Shown here: positions 58,751-64,000 of the stretch, one piece after another | Position numbering within the stretch: the stretch's first letter is position 1 | How the letters are laid out: each line of letters starts with the position of its first letter | Source: Actinomycetota bacterium | GTDB taxonomy: Bacteria > Actinomycetota > Acidimicrobiia > Spongiisociales > UBA11373 | DNA: 64,000 bases | NCBI GenBank assembly: GCA_018821365.1 | Contig: JAHJML010000138.1 | Span: 1,744-65,743, forward strand | Reading direction: 5' to 3' | The notes under the pieces: model-generated | The model's input: only the letters and a program-made list of their open reading frames with translations | Database searches by the model: none | What the model was told of the DNA's origin: nothing | Made by a program: the position numbers and the translations under genes

Positions 58751-60058
58751 ATGATCGGCGCCGACGCCGTCCACGACACCCTCCGCCGATATCAACTGGC
58801 GGACGGATATCCCCTCGTGCTCGACCTGGAGCAATCCAGGGGTGTCTGGATGCAGGATGCCGTGTCGGGGAAGCGGTATCTGGATGCGTTCTCCTTCTTC
58901 GCCTCGTGGCCGATGGGATATCGCCATCCGATGCTCGAGGATCCGGGCTTCCAGCAGGAGTTGCTGAGGGCGGCCACCACCAAGGTCGCCAACAGCGACA
59001 TCTACACCGTCGAGATGGCTCGCTTCGTGGACGCATTCGGATCCAGGGTGACCCCGCCCGGCTTCCCCCATCACTTCTGGATCTCCGGCGGGGCGCTGGC
59101 GGTGGAGAACGCCCTCAAGACGGCCTTCGACTGGAAGGCCCGCAAACTGGGCCGCACCTCGTTCTCCGACCCGGTCGACGACTTGGTGATCCTCCACTTC
59201 CGCCAGGCCTTCCACGGCCGCAGCGGTTACACCTTGAGCCTCACCAACACCCTCCCCGACAAGATCGGCCTGTTCCCCAAGTTCGACTGGCCCCGCGTCC
59301 ACAACCCGGCCATCGAGTTCGATCTCGAAGGGAACATCGCCAACGACATCGAGGCCGAGGAGGCCAGGGCAGTGGCCGAGATCGAGGCCGCCTTCGCCCG
59401 CCACGGCGACAAGATCGCCGCCATCATCATCGAACCCATGCAGGGCGAGGGCGGGGACAACTACTTCCGAGGTGAGTTCCTCGCCTCATTGCGGCGCTTC
59501 GCCGACGAGGGCGAGGCCTTGCTGATCTTCGACGAGGTGCAGACCGGCTTCTTCGGATCCGGGCGGCCATGGATGTGGCAGCACCACGGAATCGCCCCCG
59601 ACATCGTCGCCTTCGGCAAAAAGACCCAGATCTGCGGCATCTACGCCTCAGATCGCATCGACGAAGTCGCCGACAACGTGTTCGCCAGGGCGAGCCGCAT
59701 CAACAGCACCTGGGGCGGCAACCTGGCCGACATGGTGCGGTGCCGGCGCTTCATCGAGATCATCGAAGCGGAAGACCTCGGCAATCACATCGCCACGATG
59801 GGTGGGAGACTGCTGGCCGGGCTCAGGACCATGGCGAAGGACACCGGCAAGTTCACGAGCCCGCGGGGGATGGGATCGCTGGTCGCCGTGACACTCGAGA
59901 CCACCGAGGCCCGCAAGGCGATGCTCGACCGGATGTTTGCCAACGAGACCCTGGCGCTGCCGTCGGGCCCCCGGGCCATCCGGTTCCGTCTCCCGTTCGT
60001 CATCCAACCCGATGAGATCGACGAACTGCTGACGAGGGTCGAAGCCAGCCTCGGCTGA
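58751..60058 (+). CDS. L-lysine 6-aminotransferase (class III aminotransferase, LAT-like)
   Basis: 435 aa (MIGADAVHDTLRRYQLADGYPLVLDL ...) with similarity to lysine epsilon-aminotransferases. It has the PLP Lys in FGKKTQICG and DEVQTGF. A GGAGAAGGAG RBS lies upstream. Confidence 0.75.
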   Translation: MIGADAVHDTLRRYQLADGYPLVLDLEQSRGVWMQDAVSGKRYLDAFSFFASWPMGYRHPMLEDPGFQQELLRAATTKVANSDIYTVEMARFVDAFGSRVTPPGFPHHFWISGGALAVENALKTAFDWKARKLGRTSFSDPVDDLVILHFRQAFHGRSGYTLSLTNTLPDKIGLFPKFDWPRVHNPAIEFDLEGNIANDIEAEEARAVAEIEAAFARHGDKIAAIIIEPMQGEGGDNYFRGEFLASLRRFADEGEALLIFDEVQTGFFGSGRPWMWQHHGIAPDIVAFGKKTQICGIYASDRIDEVADNVFARASRINSTWGGNLADMVRCRRFIEIIEAEDLGNHIATMGGRLLAGLRTMAKDTGKFTSPRGMGSLVAVTLETTEARKAMLDRMFANETLALPSGPRAIRFRLPFVIQPDEIDELLTRVEASLG

Positions 60059-60106
60059 GGCGCCGGAGGCCTCCCCCCGGGCCGGTGGACCCGGTGCGGC
60101 GGATGC

Positions 60107-60640
60107 CTACCTGATGATCGAGTAGAGGGCGCAATCGACCGGGATCCCGTCGAGCACCTGCCGCTTGCGGAGGATCCCCTCCAACCCTGCGCCGAGTTTC
60201 TCGGCGACCCTGCGGCTGGCGGCATTGCCGACCGCGGTCATCACCTCGATGCGCTGCAGGCCCTCGTCCTCGAAGGCCGCCTCGACCACGGCCGATGCGG
60301 CTGCGGTTGCCACCCCCTCCCCGATTCCAGAGGCACGGACCCAGTAGCCGAGACCGGCGGTCTTGTGCTCGAGATCGATCCCACTGATCCCGACGCTTCC
60401 CAGGTAGCGGTCGCCCCGCCAGATGGCGTAGTACCGAGCCGTGCCCGCCTCCCAGGCCTGCTCCCACCAGGAGGCGTGGCGCCGGCCCTCGTCGTCGTCG
60501 AAGCCGGGGTGCGCCCAGGTCTCGTAGCGAGCCAGATGGCGGCCCGATTCCCGCACCGCCGCGGCCACGAAGGGTCCGTGGTCGAGTCGGTAGCGGCGCA
60601 GCCTCAGATCGCCGGCCGCCAGCGTGGAAGGCATCGACAT
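60107..60640 (-). CDS. GNAT family N-acetyltransferase (RimJ/RimL-like)
   Basis: Start at MSMPSTLAAGDLRLRRYRLD. Typical RimL-type N-terminus. GNAT motif A around GIGEGVATAAASAVVEAAF. Confidence 0.7.
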   Translation of the reverse strand: MSMPSTLAAGDLRLRRYRLDHGPFVAAAVRESGRHLARYETWAHPGFDDDEGRRHASWWEQAWEAGTARYYAIWRGDRYLGSVGISGIDLEHKTAGLGYWVRASGIGEGVATAAASAVVEAAFEDEGLQRIEVMTAVGNAASRRVAEKLGAGLEGILRKRQVLDGIPVDCALYSIIR

Positions 60641-60845
60641 GTTCTGAGGGTAGGCCACCCCCTTGCGCGGTCGGCCACAGCGGGCCATCATGCCCGTCCC
60701 ATGGCCGATCCCCTCCCCCCGCGGCCAATCGGATGGCCCCCGACCGGGCACCGACTCCGTTCTCGGCCGCCGCCATCGCCGCCGCCTGCCTGCCGCATCG
60801 TCTCCCGGTTCTGGTTTGCCGCAACAGTGCCGGGGCCGGCCCCGC

Positions 60846-61630
60846 CTACAGCTTGCGAACCCGCTTGCCGATCAACGAGCGGACCTTCTCGAGCGACGGC
60901 GGCGGCCCGGTGCGCACCTGCTTGCCGTCGATGGACACCTCATCGGCCACCCCCCATTCGGCGACGGCATCGTGGGTGGAGGTGTCGATCTCGCGATAGA
61001 CCACCCGGTCGCCGAATTCAGCGGCCGCCCGCCGGGCCCGTTCTGCCACCAGGTTCGCCGACATGCACCAGCCCGAACTGAAGACCGTGACGTCGACCTT
61101 GCCCGGGGTCGGCTCCGGGAGCCGGGTGCCCCGTTCGACCCAGCGCGGTGGGACGGCGCCGTCGACGAAGGGCTTCCACAGCATCACCGCCACGCCCTGC
61201 CGGTCGGCGGTTTGGTAGCCATGCTTGCGGAACCAGGACGCTCTCATCCACACCGGGATGGCAAGTCCCCAGGCCGCCATCCCCGTGGCTCCCAGGTCCC
61301 GAGCATCCGACTCGGCGGCTTCGAGGAGCGCCGTCCCCATGCCTCGGCGCTGGAAGTCCCCGCGGCCCTGGGGGTGGCCGTGCACCCAGATGCACAGGAT
61401 CAGGTAGAGGCCCTCGCCGTCCGCCCACGACTCCTCGATGGGAGGTACTGGATCATGCCCCCGACCTCGCCCGAGTCGTCGAGCGCCAGTTTGGCCCGCA
61501 ACCCCCGCTCCAGGAATCGATCGACCCAGCAGGTCCGCCGGGAGCCCGCCTCGGCCGCCTCATCCGACCAGTCCTCCAGGCATACCGAGAACAAATCACG
61601 ATGCTCATCGGTCAGATCGATGACCTGCAC
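60846..61630 (-). pseudogene. GNAT acetyltransferase fused to a thioredoxin-like domain, split by a single-base frameshift (two ORFs 61400..61630 and 60846..61385)
   Basis: The upstream ORF encodes the GNAT N-terminus (MQVIDLTDEHRDLFSVCLEDW...GGMIQYLP). The downstream frame continues as ...IEESWADGEGLYLILCIWVHGHPQGRGDFQRRGMGTALLEAAE (GNAT motif A), then a thioredoxin-like C-terminus. The two frames overlap over 61403-61453. Adding one G to the GGG run at 61440-61442 (coding strand CCC) restores a single ORF. Confidence 0.55.
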
Positions 61631-61939
61631 GCCTCACCTCCGGGTGCTCGGAAGGCTAGGCGGTGCCGACCACGTCGTCCCGGCCCTTGGGGTCCGGCCG
61701 CCTCCCACTCGGATGGGGAGGAACAGGAAGCCGAGGCCTCCAACGACATACACCCACCCTGGGCCAGCGTGGATAGACGTCACCAGAGCCTCCGCCCGCT
61801 GGCATTCCATCCGTCAGGCGTCTACGTGACTCTCCGGCATCGGGCGGTCGCACACGCGGGGACACCCGCCGCGGCCTAGCCTTCATCCCAGGTCGGATCG
61901 AGGTGTTCGCAGGACTGGTGCGATCGGGAGGGAGGAGCC

Positions 61940-63964
61940 ATGCACCGGCACTGCCGTCGTTCACCCGCCTGTGTGCTCGCCGCCGGGTCCCTGCTCATAG
62001 CGGCCTGCAGCGGCAACCCTGCCGACGGCGCACCGGCACCGAGCGACGGCGGCACCGTGGCGGCCGCGGCGCCGACGCCTTTGCTCGTGCCGAGTGGCAC
62101 CGCGGCCGGCTGCGTCGGCGATGCCGCCGAGGGGTTCCTCAGTGACGGCGACCTGGTCGACGACGACTACTGGCTGGCCGATTGGAACTACCTTCAGTAC
62201 GCCCGATGGGTCTTCCACGACACGGTCGACGAAGGCAGCTTCGTTCTCGATTTCGAGATGTCCGCTGCGTACTCCGACGAACGCCTTCCCGGCTCCCCGG
62301 CGGAGTTCTGGCTCACCTACGGCGCCGCCTACGAGAGCGACCTCGGCCCAGCCGCCGACGCTCCTTTGTGGGTCGAGCTGCCGAACAGCACTCCCCCCGG
62401 CCAGCCCGCCGACTACGCGGTGGCGGGCACGGTCACCCTCAACACCGGCGCCCTCCCTCACTCTGCCGACGGCATCTGGGTGCGGATCGACCGACCCAAC
62501 TACGACTACCAGATCGCCGTCAACGAGATGAGCGTCACCATTCGGGACCCCGCCTGCGCCGGCTCCGAGGAAGGGAGCGAGACGACCCTGCCACCCTCGA
62601 CCAGCTCGACGACCACCAGCAGCTCGACAACGACCACGACGACGGAGCCCGGGACCGCGCTGGATGCCCTGCCGCCGATGGTGGTCTCCCTCGGCGACTC
62701 CTACATCTCGGGTGAGGCGGGCCGCTGGGCGGGCAATGTCGATTGGCTCTACGAGTACCTGCTCGTCGACACCGGCGCCGACGCCTACAACGACGCGCCG
62801 GGGGGACAGAGCGAGCAGATGGCGGGCTGCCATCGGTCGGAATCAGCGGCCGTCGGCATCGGCCGGGCGGAGGATGGAACGGTCGTCGTCTCCCGGAACC
62901 TGGCATGCTCGGGTGCCCGCACCTACACGAATGGCGGCAAGCCCGGGGTGGACAGATGCACCAGCGCTACCGGGGCGACGGAGTGGAACCGCTACCAGTA
63001 CCAGACGTTGCAGATCCCCGGGCCTGTCCAACGAGGTACCTTCCCTGTGCCGTACGACTGCAACGGCGTCACCGGTCAAGTGGAGTCGTTGCGCCAGCTG
63101 CTGGAGCAGGTGGACGGCCAGTACCACATCGAGATGGTCGTGGTGAGCATCGGGGGCAACAACTTCGACTTCTCCGGGATCGTCGAGCAGTGCGTGAAGG
63201 ATTTCTTGGCCGGGCGCGACTGGGACATGCATTGTGCTGCCCATGTGTTCGGACAGTGCGTCCTCTGGTGGCCGGTCTCTGAGGACTATTGCAGCGACGA
63301 TGCCATCGCCGACAACGTGACCACCACCGACAACCTGACGCTCAGACAGGCCGAGATCACCGCCTCGCTGCGGGACATCCGGACGGTGATGGCCGGTGCC
63401 GGCTACACCGACGACGACTGGACCATGCTCGTCAACACCTATCCGTCGCCGATCCCCGACAGCGACGAGTTCCGCTACATCGAGACGGGGTGGTCCCGCC
63501 AGACCACGGGCGGTTGCGGATTCTGGGATGAGGACGCCGATTGGGCCAACTCGGTCGCCCTCCCCAACATCACGGCCACCATCAGGAGTGCAGTCGCGTC
63601 GCTTGGCGCGCCGAACGTCGAGGTGCTCGACCTGAAGGATGCGTTCCTCGACCGGCGGCTCTGCGAAGACGACGTCTACCACGCCGGAACCTTGCTGGGA
63701 GCCCTCAGCTGGACCACACCCAACGCCGTCAACCTCTCCGAGTGGGTGCAGGAGATCCGCGGCGTGCTCAGCGAGGGCGGCGCGATCGACGTGCCCCCGT
63801 TCGACAAGAACGAGTCCTTCCACCCCAACTACTGGGGTCAGCTGGCGATTCGAAGCTGCATCCGCCAGGCGTACAACAACGGCGACCCCATCGGCGGTCG
63901 GTGCGTGCGGGCGGGCAACGGACTCACCAACCTCGGAGAGCCGAAGATGGACGTCGTCCCTTAG
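61940..63964 (+). CDS. lipoprotein with N-terminal domain, Ser/Thr-rich linker and C-terminal SGNH/GDSL hydrolase domain
   Basis: Signal peptide plus lipobox (LLIAAC|S). The linker is TTLPPSTSSTTTSSSTTTTTTEPGT. GDSL block I is VVSLGDSYISGEAG and block III is SIGGNNF. A Cys-rich secreted domain follows. Confidence 0.8.
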   Translation: MHRHCRRSPACVLAAGSLLIAACSGNPADGAPAPSDGGTVAAAAPTPLLVPSGTAAGCVGDAAEGFLSDGDLVDDDYWLADWNYLQYARWVFHDTVDEGSFVLDFEMSAAYSDERLPGSPAEFWLTYGAAYESDLGPAADAPLWVELPNSTPPGQPADYAVAGTVTLNTGALPHSADGIWVRIDRPNYDYQIAVNEMSVTIRDPACAGSEEGSETTLPPSTSSTTTSSSTTTTTTEPGTALDALPPMVVSLGDSYISGEAGRWAGNVDWLYEYLLVDTGADAYNDAPGGQSEQMAGCHRSESAAVGIGRAEDGTVVVSRNLACSGARTYTNGGKPGVDRCTSATGATEWNRYQYQTLQIPGPVQRGTFPVPYDCNGVTGQVESLRQLLEQVDGQYHIEMVVVSIGGNNFDFSGIVEQCVKDFLAGRDWDMHCAAHVFGQCVLWWPVSEDYCSDDAIADNVTTTDNLTLRQAEITASLRDIRTVMAGAGYTDDDWTMLVNTYPSPIPDSDEFRYIETGWSRQTTGGCGFWDEDADWANSVALPNITATIRSAVASLGAPNVEVLDLKDAFLDRRLCEDDVYHAGTLLGALSWTTPNAVNLSEWVQEIRGVLSEGGAIDVPPFDKNESFHPNYWGQLAIRSCIRQAYNNGDPIGGRCVRAGNGLTNLGEPKMDVVP

Positions 63965-64000
63965 GACTCGAAGCCCGGCCCGAATCTGATCGACGTCGTC

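Overview
High-GC (roughly 70%) actinobacterial chromosomal segment of about 55 protein-coding genes. No rRNA, tRNA, CRISPR or mobile-element genes were recognised. Genes are tightly packed and many neighbours share ATGA/TGATG stop-start overlaps.

Left third (1-21.9 kb): a conserved actinobacterial cell-envelope and nucleotide-sugar neighbourhood. It carries an ftsH 3' end, corA, a GNAT, adenosylhomocysteinase, a SIS-type PGI/PMI, a Trm112-like gene, phosphomannomutase, a GT2, a large GT-C-like membrane protein, DUF3499, DUF5719 and a GT2-membrane fusion. These are followed by fbiA/cofD, a short cofE, fpg/nei, a SDR epimerase, a ManC-like GDP-mannose pyrophosphorylase, a nucleotide-sugar 6-dehydrogenase, an LCP protein and birA. 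The locus recalls the Mycobacterium Rv3248c-Rv3267 / Streptomyces sahH-manA-manB region but has no whiB.

Middle (21.9-25.2 kb): the acyl-CoA carboxylase beta and alpha subunits.

Next (25.3-44.6 kb): the most unusual part. A TetR-headed island encodes an archaeal-type gluconeogenic pair (type II GAPDH plus an archaeal-type PGK with the RVDINSPI signature) co-transcribed with a tartrate-dehydrogenase-like enzyme and an AOR-family tungsto/molybdo-pterin enzyme. It also carries a second, canonical aldehyde:ferredoxin oxidoreductase, two MoeA paralogues with archaeal-style fusions (MoaD-MoeA and MoeA-PBP), a COG2403/cyclic-2,3-diphosphoglycerate-synthetase-like P-loop protein, an L-2-hydroxyglutarate oxidase, two class-III aminotransferases, a DMT transporter and a methylmalonyl-CoA-mutase-like catalytic subunit lacking a B12 domain.

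Right third (44.6-64 kb): a class A PBP with PASTA domains, a sirtuin, a SpoIID/LytB protein with a long FG-GAP/CARDB-like tail, an EPS flippase and priming sugar transferase, leucyl aminopeptidase, a PduO-type adenosyltransferase, a fused ATP-sulfurylase/APS-kinase, lysine 6-aminotransferase and a GNAT. Also present are a GNAT-thioredoxin-like fusion disrupted by a homopolymer frameshift, and a GDSL-hydrolase lipoprotein with a Ser/Thr-rich linker.
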